In this document: positions 14,341-23,900 of the stretch, piece by piece
How the letters are laid out: each line of letters opens with the position of its first letter
Position numbering within the stretch: the stretch's first letter is position 1
NCBI RefSeq assembly: GCF_023333585.1
Contig: NZ_JAIQZN010000080.1
Span: 685-32,684 of the forward strand
Direction: 5' to 3'
Source of the DNA: Argonema antarcticum A004/B2
GTDB taxonomy: Bacteria; Cyanobacteriota; Cyanobacteriia; Cyanobacteriales; Aerosakkonemataceae
DNA: 32,000 nucleotides
Notes under the pieces: generated by a model
The model's database searches: none
Told to the model about the DNA's origin: nothing
Seen by the model: only the letters and a program-made list of their open reading frames with translations
Program-made: the position numbers and the translations under genes

Positions 14341-16338
14341 TCACAGAGTCCAAATCATCGGACGGTAAGTATCAACTTCCCCCATCAAACAAGCAACATA
14401 TTCCCGCACCTGCAACTCCAAACAGCGGCGAAAACTGACTTTGTATCCAGTATGCGGGTGCGTCAATTCCGACTGCAATTTTTCTTCCCAATGCTTCAAA
14501 AACTTTTTTAGCGCATGAGGTTGCAGAAACACGCCACCACGTTCATCTGGCAACGTAAAATCCTCCGATGTGAAAATTTTAGAATTAACCAAATAAGACA
14601 CCAAAGAATCTACCAACTGCGCCCGAAACTCTTCCATCAAATCCGAAACCAATGCCGGATGATTATCGCGAGGAACGTGCAAATTACCGAAATGAGTATG
14701 CAGTCCAATCAATTCGATAAAAGAGCAAACATTTTGACTCAGCAGCGTATATCCCAAACTCATCAAACTGTTAATTGGGTCGGTAGGAGGGCGCTTTGTT
14801 CGCTTTTCAAATGCAAAAGTTCCAGTAAACAGAGAACCCAATGCTTGAAAATACAAAGTGGCTGCTTTTCCTTCATATCCCCGTAACGCATCCATCGATT
14901 CAGCATCAGGTAATTTCTCCATCAATTCAGCAATTGATTCCAGGGATTGCAAGGCAATTTTGCTGGGACGACGACGATTTAATTTGAGCAATAAAGCGCG
15001 GGAATTATGTAATTTAGCCCAAACAATGGCTTCTGCTTGCCGTCGCGTGAATTCAGGATTTAGAGAACATTCAACCTGCCGTGCCAAGTATTCCACCTTC
15101 GCGTGTCCGTCCGTTTGCAAACGCCCGAAATAGCGGCCTTTCTGGGAAAGATACATGACCGGAATTCGCCGCCGCAAAGCACAAGATACCGCTCCGTGCG
15201 ATAAATTGCAACAACCGAATAAGACAATATGGCTGACCCGATTGGCTGGCACTTTAATCCGCAACTCCCGCTGATAGAAAACTTCAAATTGCTGGTTATG
15301 AATGCTCAAGTAAGCACCTTGGTCAGTTACGTACAAAGTAGTCATGGGTTCCTTCCAAAAATGTTCGGTATTGGCAATGGGAAAGTTAATAGGTTTGAGT
15401 AAGCTACAAGCTTTGGGAGGTTGGGAAAAAACGGGAGTTTTTCGAGCTTTTTGTTGATAAGGCATCCCGGAATCCCGGAGTGCGAGTCCTCCTAGTTGAG
15501 GAGGTGGCGGCGGAATTAATTCTCCTTTAGAAAAGCGATAACCTAGAAAAGTAAACTCTTCATCGGGAGTGAAAATATGGGTTTTTCCCGGTTGAAGCTT
15601 CAGATAGATATCGCCCAACCATTGGTTAATTTGTGACAAAGCGCGATTAGCTTGTATCCAATCGCCAGATGCAATGACAAAATCATCGCCATAGCGCACC
15701 AAATTAAATCCCTTACTCAAACAAAATCGATCGAATTCGGTGAGGTACAAGTTAGCTAAAGCACCGGAAAGAATGGCACCTTGCAATACTCCCTGACCGA
15801 AATTTCGGCGAACAGCACCAATTACGATGTCGGATTTTAGTTGCTGTTCGATTAATTGCAGTAAAATAGGTTCTAGCTGCAATTGCTCTAAGTCGGTTAG
15901 CAGTAACGCCCAGCAGAGGTTGTCGAAAAATTTCTCAATATCTGCCTTGACAATCCAAGTGGGTTGGAACTGATAATAGGAATACAGATGTTTGACTGCC
16001 ATCTGAATTCCCCGACCGGGACGGTAAGCGTAGCTGCAATCGAGAAATCGTTCTTCAAGGGGGAAGTAAAGTTCGTTCAGCAGCAGGCGAGAGACAATTC
16101 TATCCCGCACTGTCTGAATGCCAACCAACCGCTTACCACCACTCGATTTGGATAGATAAAATCCTTTGGCGGGACTAACCGTGTAGGTTTCGTTTTGCAG
16201 TCGATGGTGTAAAATTTGTAACTGCTGACGAGCAATTGGGGCAAATAAATCGGTGGTAATACCATCAATACCAGCACTTTTACTTCCCTTGCGAACTTGT
16301 TCCCAAGCAATCTGGAGAAGTTCTGGGGTTAATTCCAT
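14341..16338 (-). CDS. Reverse transcriptase-Cas1 fusion
   Basis: 665 aa. The N-terminal half has group II intron-like RT motifs: YAYRPGRG, KADIEKFFDNL, GVLQGAILSGALANLYL, the YxDD box RYGDDFVI (Tyr codon at 15693-15691), LKLQPGKTHI and FTFLGYRF. A proline linker PPPPPQ follows. The Cas1 domain starts at residue 332 (ATG at 15345). There is no N-terminal Cas6-like domain. Confidence 0.93.
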   Translation of the reverse strand: MELTPELLQIAWEQVRKGSKSAGIDGITTDLFAPIARQQLQILHHRLQNETYTVSPAKGFYLSKSSGGKRLVGIQTVRDRIVSRLLLNELYFPLEERFLDCSYAYRPGRGIQMAVKHLYSYYQFQPTWIVKADIEKFFDNLCWALLLTDLEQLQLEPILLQLIEQQLKSDIVIGAVRRNFGQGVLQGAILSGALANLYLTEFDRFCLSKGFNLVRYGDDFVIASGDWIQANRALSQINQWLGDIYLKLQPGKTHIFTPDEEFTFLGYRFSKGELIPPPPPQLGGLALRDSGMPYQQKARKTPVFSQPPKACSLLKPINFPIANTEHFWKEPMTTLYVTDQGAYLSIHNQQFEVFYQRELRIKVPANRVSHIVLFGCCNLSHGAVSCALRRRIPVMYLSQKGRYFGRLQTDGHAKVEYLARQVECSLNPEFTRRQAEAIVWAKLHNSRALLLKLNRRRPSKIALQSLESIAELMEKLPDAESMDALRGYEGKAATLYFQALGSLFTGTFAFEKRTKRPPTDPINSLMSLGYTLLSQNVCSFIELIGLHTHFGNLHVPRDNHPALVSDLMEEFRAQLVDSLVSYLVNSKIFTSEDFTLPDERGGVFLQPHALKKFLKHWEEKLQSELTHPHTGYKVSFRRCLELQVREYVACLMGEVDTYRPMIWTL

Positions 16339-16385
16339 TTACCTCCTGGGACTGTTGAAACTCTATATTTCCATCGTTGCAGCCC

Positions 16386-16444
16386 GGTATATGAGTTCGT
16401 GTATGAGTATTTGACTTATGTATATGAGTTGGTGTATGACTTGG
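16386..16444. promoter_or_regulatory. 2+2 set of 12-bp direct repeats in the RT-cas1 / HTH-NACHT divergent intergenic region
   Basis: Units are GGTATATGAGTT (16386), CGTGTATGAGTA (16398), a 10-bp gap, GTATATGAGTT (16420) and GGTGTATGACTT (16431). A candidate -10 TAGAGT (minus strand, 16360-16365) and an AGGAGG Shine-Dalgarno sequence precede the ATG at 16338. Confidence 0.6.
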
Positions 16445-16463
16445 ATAGAGTTTTGAAGAATTG

Positions 16464-19400
16464 ATGGCAAAGCGATCGCTGCAAGCATCAGAGTCAGGTA
16501 TCCAGCAAGTTAAACTTGCCTTGGAACGTCGTCAGTTGACTCAAAAAGCTTTTGGCGAAGAATTAGGCATTGCTTGGTCAACCATCAGCAAGTTTTTTAA
16601 CGGGAAACGGATTTATAGGACAATTTTTCTGGAAATTTGCCACAAACTGAGCTTAGATTGGCAAGAAATAGCAGGGGTAGAAATCGCAGGTGGTGATGAA
16701 ACCCCATCTCAGCTGCTAGGAGATGTCCGCCGCTACGCCGCTATTGCTAGAGATGCGCTTAATCCTCGCATTTTAGAAAGAATCGAGCGTAAAATTGTCG
16801 GTGAAAAATATATAACTGCGATTCAACGCGGTGTCAGCAACGTGCAACAAAGAGTTGTACCGATTATTGCACCTGCGGGATACGGGAAAAGTACAATTTT
16901 AGGAAATATATACGACGAACTGATTAAAGCAGAAGTAAGCTGGGTAGCACTTGTTTTGTGCAACTCTTTGAGTATCGAATCGACACCAACGGCGGAAAAG
17001 TTAGCGTTAGCTTTGGGTGAGACAGCTAGCGGTAAACAAATATCGATCGCGCAATTAGTTACCGATTTAACGGTTGAATGCGGTAGGGGTGTGCTGTTAA
17101 TCGATACTTTGGATTTAGTTTTAAATCGCCATTTGGCAACAGCTTTTACCACCGTACTCCGACAACTAATGGATGCAGGTGCAACGGTGGTTTTTACTTG
17201 TCGCGATCACGAATATAATGATTTTTTAGAACCCCCCCGCGAAAAGATGGCAGCGATTAGCGATACGATCGATCGCTATAACGTTCCTACATTCGATCGG
17301 GCCGAAATCAGAGAAGCTGCTGCGACATTTTTCCACAAGTCTCAAACTACTACGCCAGAAATAGGGTATACTTTTGCCGATCGCATTTTAAGTTTATCTG
17401 CCGATAACCGTCCGCTACAAGAAATCACTTGCAATCCCTTATTGTTAGCTTTACTTTGCGACTTGTTCGCCAAAGATGGTAATGTTCCAGCCGATTTAAC
17501 CGTTAGCAAACTCTATCAAAGATATTGGCACGAAAAAATTGCTTACAGTCGCATTGATGATAGTCATACTTCCCTGTTAGCGATCGAAAAAGAAAATTTT
17601 TGTCTCGCCTTCGCCAAATCCCTATTTCAAATGTCGGCTGAAAAACTTTGCGAATCAGCTTACCGAGACGAACTGGGAATTAATTTTACCGAAATAGTTG
17701 CTACGGCTTACGATAATTTATTAAGTGAAGGGGTAATCGAACGTTTACTTTCTACGAAAATCCACTTTTTTCACCAAACTTTATTAGAATATACCATAGC
17801 TTACTGGCTAACTAGACATAGCGCCAAAGAATATCGTTATCAACTATTGCAAATTAGTCAATCAGATGATAGTACTCGCACTTATTGGTTTCCAATTATC
17901 CGCCAGCTTTTGACGATCGTAGATGAATCGGACTTTGAAGAAATTGTTAATAAATTAGATATCAATCGAATAGCAGCCTTTCGCGCGATCGCTTTTGCTG
18001 CTACTTCTCGTAGTGAAGAACAACCACTTTTAAAGTTATTACCAACTGCGCTAGCGCGAGGTAGCGCTTATCAAAGAATATTGTATCGCGCTTTAGCTTC
18101 AGCTTCCGTACCTTTGCAAGAAACAGCATGGAATTGTTTATTGACTATTCTACGAGAAGGCGATCGGGCCACTGCTTCTAGCGCCGCCCAAACTATTGGT
18201 GCTATGCTAAATCCCTGGGGGACATCTCTAAGCGATCGTCTCGAACAAGCTATTAATGCTATATCCCAGCGTACTGCAAGTAATGATAACATTAATGAGC
18301 GATCGCAGCTTTATGGTTGGTTAGTTGATGCAGTTAACCCAATAATTACTGAAAATATTGATAACGAAGCATTAACTATCTTAGGCAAACATTATTTCAA
18401 GTTTTCGGAAGGAACTCGGACGACAGTTATTTGTTTTCACTTAATACCAGGAGTGACTCTGACCGCGCAAGTAGAATTATTCAATATGATCAAAACTGAG
18501 CCTTTACCCAAACGCACCGAGTTTAAATTCAAACAAGAGTTAGCTAAATTTTTAGCCGTTACCTTACCAACCCAAATCGAAAAATCTCCCTTACCGCCAA
18601 CAGATGCTTGGCTGGATAGCCTGCACCATCCCATTCAGTCTGGTTTCGATTTAATTCAAGCTAAAGCGATCGGTCAGTATGCTACTACTAATTCTAACTT
18701 ATTAACTGCTATTCTGCAAGACTTTATTACTGGAGATAAAAAAAATACAAATAATAACTTATTTGCTTTAATAGAAGCCATAAGTTATGGTGCTAGCCAT
18801 CAAATAGCATCGGCATTAATTAAAATTGACCATCTCCCTTCAGAGCGGGTTAAATCGGTAATTACACTTTTGAAAGAGATGAATAATACCCTCGATTTAA
18901 GTCAGCGTGAATCTTTGGCGAACTGGATAAAACCGATCGCGATTGAGCATCCCGAACAATGGTTGCCTACTCTGGCTGACTTAGCCTCAGATTCTTTAAA
19001 GGTACAACAGTTAGTTATAGAACTTTTCTCCACTTTACCTGAAGAAAAGCAAAGTTTAATCCTTAATAAAAACTTGCTAATATTGATTCCAGAGTTATGG
19101 CAAACCCTATCACATAAAGACGCTAATAGCCAAGTTAATTTAGTATTGGTTAAAGTTTATCGAGAAACTGCTCAAACCAATGATTCGGATATTAGCAAAT
19201 TAATTGAATTAGCAATCAAATCTGGCAAAAAGGCAGCAATCTCAGCGGCAGAAGCTATTTTTAGCTTATCTAAAGAGCGAAAGTTACCCAATTTTAAAGA
19301 CTTATGGGATTTAAGTAATTCTACCTTTCCAGGGGTTAGACTAAATTATTTATCAAGTATCAAAAGCCAGATAATCCAATGGAATGTAGCACTCCAAGAA

Positions 19401-19934
19401 TCCGAACTTACAGAAATCTGTTCCCAGTTTGGTAATGAAACAGAACCACAAGTAATCCAACAGTTATGTGAATTAGTCGCTATTTGGGTGGATCTAAATA
19501 AATACGTTCCTTTAAAAGTAGCAGAAATTATTGGTAATATTCCCACTCGCTTATCTGCACTCGGAATATTAGAGGGAGGAGTTGCAGGTGCAACGATCGA
19601 TACTCTAAACGTGATGGCACAACTTCCAAATACCTCTTTAACTCCTCTAGTTGTAAATTGGACGCGACAGCTTTTACATCAAATAGATATGAAAAGAGTT
19701 CAAGAGTCAAAAGTGGTCGATTTATTAGGTTCGGTGGCAAGAATTGATTCTAGCTTTTTGCCTGACGCAGTTAATGAATATTGTCCATCATTACCAACTA
19801 GAAACCAACGCATTGTAGCTTTAGCTGTTAGAAGAGTCGAAGGTGTTGACTCGCCTTTACTGGATTGTTTATTGACGAGGGAGTGGACTGACGCCGAAGT
19901 CAAGAATTTGATTTTAGAATGGAGAGGGGTATGA
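16464..19934 (+). CDS. HTH (XRE-like) - NACHT/STAND NTPase - helical-repeat protein
   Basis: About 1156 aa counted from the ATG at 16464; the track starts one codon earlier at a TTG. The N-terminal HTH is LTQKAFGEELGIAWSTISKFFNGKR. Walker A is IIAPAGYGKST, Walker B-like is GVLLIDTLDLV, and the sensor-like motif is VVFTCRDHEY. The C-terminal ~600 aa appear helical with HEAT/ARM-like periodicity. Confidence 0.75.
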   Translation: MAKRSLQASESGIQQVKLALERRQLTQKAFGEELGIAWSTISKFFNGKRIYRTIFLEICHKLSLDWQEIAGVEIAGGDETPSQLLGDVRRYAAIARDALNPRILERIERKIVGEKYITAIQRGVSNVQQRVVPIIAPAGYGKSTILGNIYDELIKAEVSWVALVLCNSLSIESTPTAEKLALALGETASGKQISIAQLVTDLTVECGRGVLLIDTLDLVLNRHLATAFTTVLRQLMDAGATVVFTCRDHEYNDFLEPPREKMAAISDTIDRYNVPTFDRAEIREAAATFFHKSQTTTPEIGYTFADRILSLSADNRPLQEITCNPLLLALLCDLFAKDGNVPADLTVSKLYQRYWHEKIAYSRIDDSHTSLLAIEKENFCLAFAKSLFQMSAEKLCESAYRDELGINFTEIVATAYDNLLSEGVIERLLSTKIHFFHQTLLEYTIAYWLTRHSAKEYRYQLLQISQSDDSTRTYWFPIIRQLLTIVDESDFEEIVNKLDINRIAAFRAIAFAATSRSEEQPLLKLLPTALARGSAYQRILYRALASASVPLQETAWNCLLTILREGDRATASSAAQTIGAMLNPWGTSLSDRLEQAINAISQRTASNDNINERSQLYGWLVDAVNPIITENIDNEALTILGKHYFKFSEGTRTTVICFHLIPGVTLTAQVELFNMIKTEPLPKRTEFKFKQELAKFLAVTLPTQIEKSPLPPTDAWLDSLHHPIQSGFDLIQAKAIGQYATTNSNLLTAILQDFITGDKKNTNNNLFALIEAISYGASHQIASALIKIDHLPSERVKSVITLLKEMNNTLDLSQRESLANWIKPIAIEHPEQWLPTLADLASDSLKVQQLVIELFSTLPEEKQSLILNKNLLILIPELWQTLSHKDANSQVNLVLVKVYRETAQTNDSDISKLIELAIKSGKKAAISAAEAIFSLSKERKLPNFKDLWDLSNSTFPGVRLNYLSSIKSQIIQWNVALQESELTEICSQFGNETEPQVIQQLCELVAIWVDLNKYVPLKVAEIIGNIPTRLSALGILEGGVAGATIDTLNVMAQLPNTSLTPLVVNWTRQLLHQIDMKRVQESKVVDLLGSVARIDSSFLPDAVNEYCPSLPTRNQRIVALAVRRVEGVDSPLLDCLLTREWTDAEVKNLILEWRGV

Positions 19935-20180
19935 TATAAATATTAACTTTTATAAGCAAAAATTTAATATTTGCGATCAAAATCTTTTCAAAAAGTGTTA
20001 ATTTAATTGTATGTAAGTAAAAACACTGTTTGTAAAAAAGGCATATATCCCTCTTCTGTCACTTTCCGGCAAGGCAATCTCCAGAAGCCTTACCAGTCAA
20101 TCAAGGGTTTTCTCCAACCAAAAAGAAATCGAAAGTTTAACTTTTTTGGTCATCAATCTTGATTCAATCAATTTTTTTTG

Positions 20181-20206
20181 ACTCAGCTATAAGCTGAGTT
20201 ATTTTG
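20181..20206 (+). terminator. Candidate intrinsic terminator
   Basis: ACTCAGCT ATA AGCTGAGT is a perfect 8-bp stem followed by TTATTTT. It lies about 250 bp downstream of the NACHT gene stop. Confidence 0.4.
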
Positions 20207-20211
20207 GCTTG

Positions 20212-20333
20212 CTAGGAGTTTAGACTAGATTTCGGTGCAAAACTCCAAAGCTTTACCAGCCTTAACTTTTGAGCTACCACTAGCTTAACAGTAACAATAA
20301 TCATTCTCGTCGTCATCTAGTCTAAACTCCTAG
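20212..20333. repeat. 19-bp perfect inverted repeat enclosing 84 bp
   Basis: CTAGGAGTTTAGACTAGAT (20212-20230) is the exact reverse complement of ATCTAGTCTAAACTCCTAG (20315-20333). Confidence 0.8.
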
Positions 20334-20955
20334 TTAATATAAAGATTCGTAACAAGATCGGGAGGTTCTGCATAAAACGGCAAGCTCTGAACAGAGAGAG
20401 ATATAGAGGGCTGCACACAGTCCCACGACTTTAGTACCGATCGGGTAAAGGAGTAGATCTGACTTGGGTTTTTAGGAAAAGGCGATCGCATGGCGGGCCA
20501 TTCGGTAGATCGCTTTTCCCAGATGTTTGAACCTGGGACATCAAAGAAAGAGCGATTGGTGTTGGGAATAATTATCATCTACTTCTAGTGGAAATAATCA
20601 ATTTCCTAACCAGTTACTCAATTTTTATCTTTTGAAGAATTGGCAATATTTGCCAATCAATTTTTCATGCTTAAAAACTGAGCCTAAACTAACTAATTTA
20701 AACGCTTATTATGTCCAAAATAAAAAGCTTTTGACTATTCAGCTTCATCAAAAATTTATATTTTATTCTAGTTTTTTAAAGTTTATTTAAAGTTATTATT
20801 TCCTACGTATAATTACGGTTGTGTCTTATTGATAAAAATGCAATATTTTATTTGCTGATATTCATTTAGCGCTAACTCTAGGAATAAAAAAGCGAATTTA
20901 AGCAAGAGTTTTACTGTCAGAATTAATACAAATATCGAGTTTTGGGTGCTAACAG

Positions 20956-23900
20956 ATGTCCACTTTTGAGATCGGGTTACTAAATAACTCCTACAACACA
21001 GCAGATGCCCTTGGAGTTGCCTATCCATCTGACAAGTATAGCTTTACACTTGGAGATACTCAAAATTTAAAGTTATCCTTAACGGGTATCAGTACGATTG
21101 TAGACTGGCAACTCAAAAACAGCGATGGAGCAACTCTGCACAGTGGCTCAGTTAGTCCCACCAACTTAGAAGGAATTAATATTGGTAATTTGTCAGCAGG
21201 GGAATACTCTCTTGAGCTTTCCCAAACAAATAGCGATACCAACTATGCTCTCAACATTGACCCCCTGACTAAGTTGAATGTAGAATCGGGATTTTTTACT
21301 GTCGGACAAACGGGACAAATAGGGGTTGATTACTTAACTGACGGCGGTTGGTATCAGAGCGAGTTGGCCATTTTCAGTTTGACGGGAATGGAGGCATTTT
21401 CTCCAGGCTCGCAAGCTTTTATTAAAGAAGCTGCGAGAAGGTCACTGACCAATTCAACAGAAGGTTACGTTGTTATTGCAGACGCTACAGAAGGAGCCAA
21501 GTTCAGTCCCACTTTTCCTTGGGGAGATAATTATAACAATGGCGAATACAAAAATATAAAGACATTTGCCATGAAACCTGGGGATAATTTTGGCTTTATG
21601 CTTGTTCCCAATGGCACCGCACAACAGGTATTTAATAATCCCAATATAGGTGGAGCAAAGCGTCCTTTATTCTCTTTGGTAACAGCTAACCCGAATGAGG
21701 CGTTTCACGTCGGTCAAATTGCGGATGTAATCGGCGATGGCAAAACTTTTGTTATGGAGGATAAGAGAGTTGATGAAGGTTCGGATAAGGATTATAACGA
21801 TATAGTTTTTCGAGTAACTGATGCTACAGGAAAAGCAGTTAAGTTAGATGATGTAATTGCTCCCGATAAAGATTGGCGCAAAACTAAGGTAGTGGATGAT
21901 TTAATTGCTTACATCAATACGCCTCCTCAGTTTTTGCAATTCACCACCAAGACACTCTATAAAGCAGGTGAAGCGATCGATCTTACTGATGCTAAAGTTT
22001 ATGACGAAAATCGAGACTTGACCAAAGTAAATTTCTGGTTAAAGAGAAAGGAAGAGGTAGACTGGGTTGATATCAAAGATGCGACTAAAGATGCTTTCAA
22101 AGTGAATGAAGACTGGACAAGCTTCAATTACTCTTTCAGAGATTTAGTAGGGGGTAGTTACGAACTGAAGGCGATCGCATTCGACGAGCGGCAACAAAGC
22201 AACGAGGTAATTAAGGAGTTTCGGGTCAATGCCGCTCCGAAAGAACTGCAATTTATTATTCCACAAGATACTTACGATATCGGAGAAACGGTAAGTATCA
22301 CTGGAGGTAAAGTGTATGATGCTGACGGGGTGGATGACTTAGTTAAAGTAGGTTTCTTTTTAAAGAAAGGCAATAATAGTTGGCAAGATATTACTGCCGA
22401 TGTCACCAGTTTTACGGCTGGTAGTGGAGATAATAATTTAGCAAACTTCACCTACTCCTTATCACCAAATTTATTAAAAGAGGCTGGCACTTACGAGATC
22501 AAAGGCGTAGCTTACGATCTAGCAGGTGATTCCAGTAATGAGGTAATTAAGAACTTTACCATCCGCAGCAAAACTGTCGAACCATCACCCAACTCGCCGC
22601 CCGAACAATTGCAGTTTAACTTATTACCATCTTACACGATCGGTCAACCAGTCAGCATTACGGGTGGAAAAGTATACGACAAAAATGGTGAGAGCGACCT
22701 GAAATCAGTAGATTTAGAGCTATACAAAGATAACGTTTTTTTGAACAAATATACTGTAGCGATCGCGGATGATAATCAAAGTGGAGACGGCTGGGGAACT
22801 TTCAACTATTTGTGGAGCGATTTATCAGAAGGGAATTATCGCTTAGAGGCGAAAGCTTTCGATGGAGTGGAATACTCTGCTAAAGTAAGCCAAAGCTTTT
22901 CCGTCATTAGCGAACCTGTCGCCGAGCCAGTACCCAATTCGCCACCTGAATTCTTGCAGTTTAACTTATTGCCATCCTACAAAATTGGTCAGCCAATCAC
23001 CATTATGGATGGAAAAGTATACGACAAAAATGGTGAGAGTGACCTAAAATCAGTAGATTTAGAGCTATACAAAGATAACGTTTTTTTGAACAAATATACT
23101 GTAGCGATCGCGGATGATAATCAAAGTGGAGACGGCTGGGGAACTTTCAACTATTTGTGGAGCGATTTACCAGAAGGGAATTATCGCTTAGAGGCGAAAG
23201 CTTTCGATGGAGTGGAATACTCTGCTAAAGTAAGCCAAAGCTTTTCCGTCATTAGCGAACCTGTCGCCGAGCCAGTACCCAATTCGCCACCTGAATTCTT
23301 GCAATTGAATTTATTGCCATCCTATACAACAGGTCAAGCAATCACTTTCACAAACGCGAAAGTATACGATAAAAATGGAGAGGGCGACCTAAAAGAGGTA
23401 ACTTTAGAGTTATATAAAGATAACAATTTTTTGGGCAATTATACAGTCGGTATTGTGGATGATAGTCAAAGTGGAGATGGCTGGGGAACTTTTAACATTT
23501 CTTTTAATCAGCTAGCAGAGGGAAATTATCAGATTAAAGCATCCGCTTACGATAAAGCGAATACCGAAAGTAATAAAGCAGTTCAAAACTTTACCGTAGA
23601 GGCAGACAAACCGCCACAGCCTAACAGAGCGCCTGGATCTTTAGATTTTAGCATTCTGCCTCTCTACGTTAATGGTGAGACACTAAGCTTTAGTGATGGG
23701 AAAGTTTATGATCCAGATGGAGCTAGAGACGTAGATAGAGTATATTTTTGGTTGGGTACAATTGGTGGCGAACAAGTTGACGCGATCGAAGTTTCTGAAT
23801 TTACTCCTGATAACAAGGGTAACGCTAGATTTGATTTCAATTACGACTTGAGTAAATTAGCACCAGGACGCTACCAATTGTGGGCGATCGCAACTGACAA

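Noticed and set aside
20330-20578. 82-aa minus-strand ORF in the AT-rich gap, and ORF 20813..21028
   Set aside because: No recognisable motifs or ribosome-binding context. One overlaps the 19-bp inverted repeat and the other overlaps the start of the giant gene.
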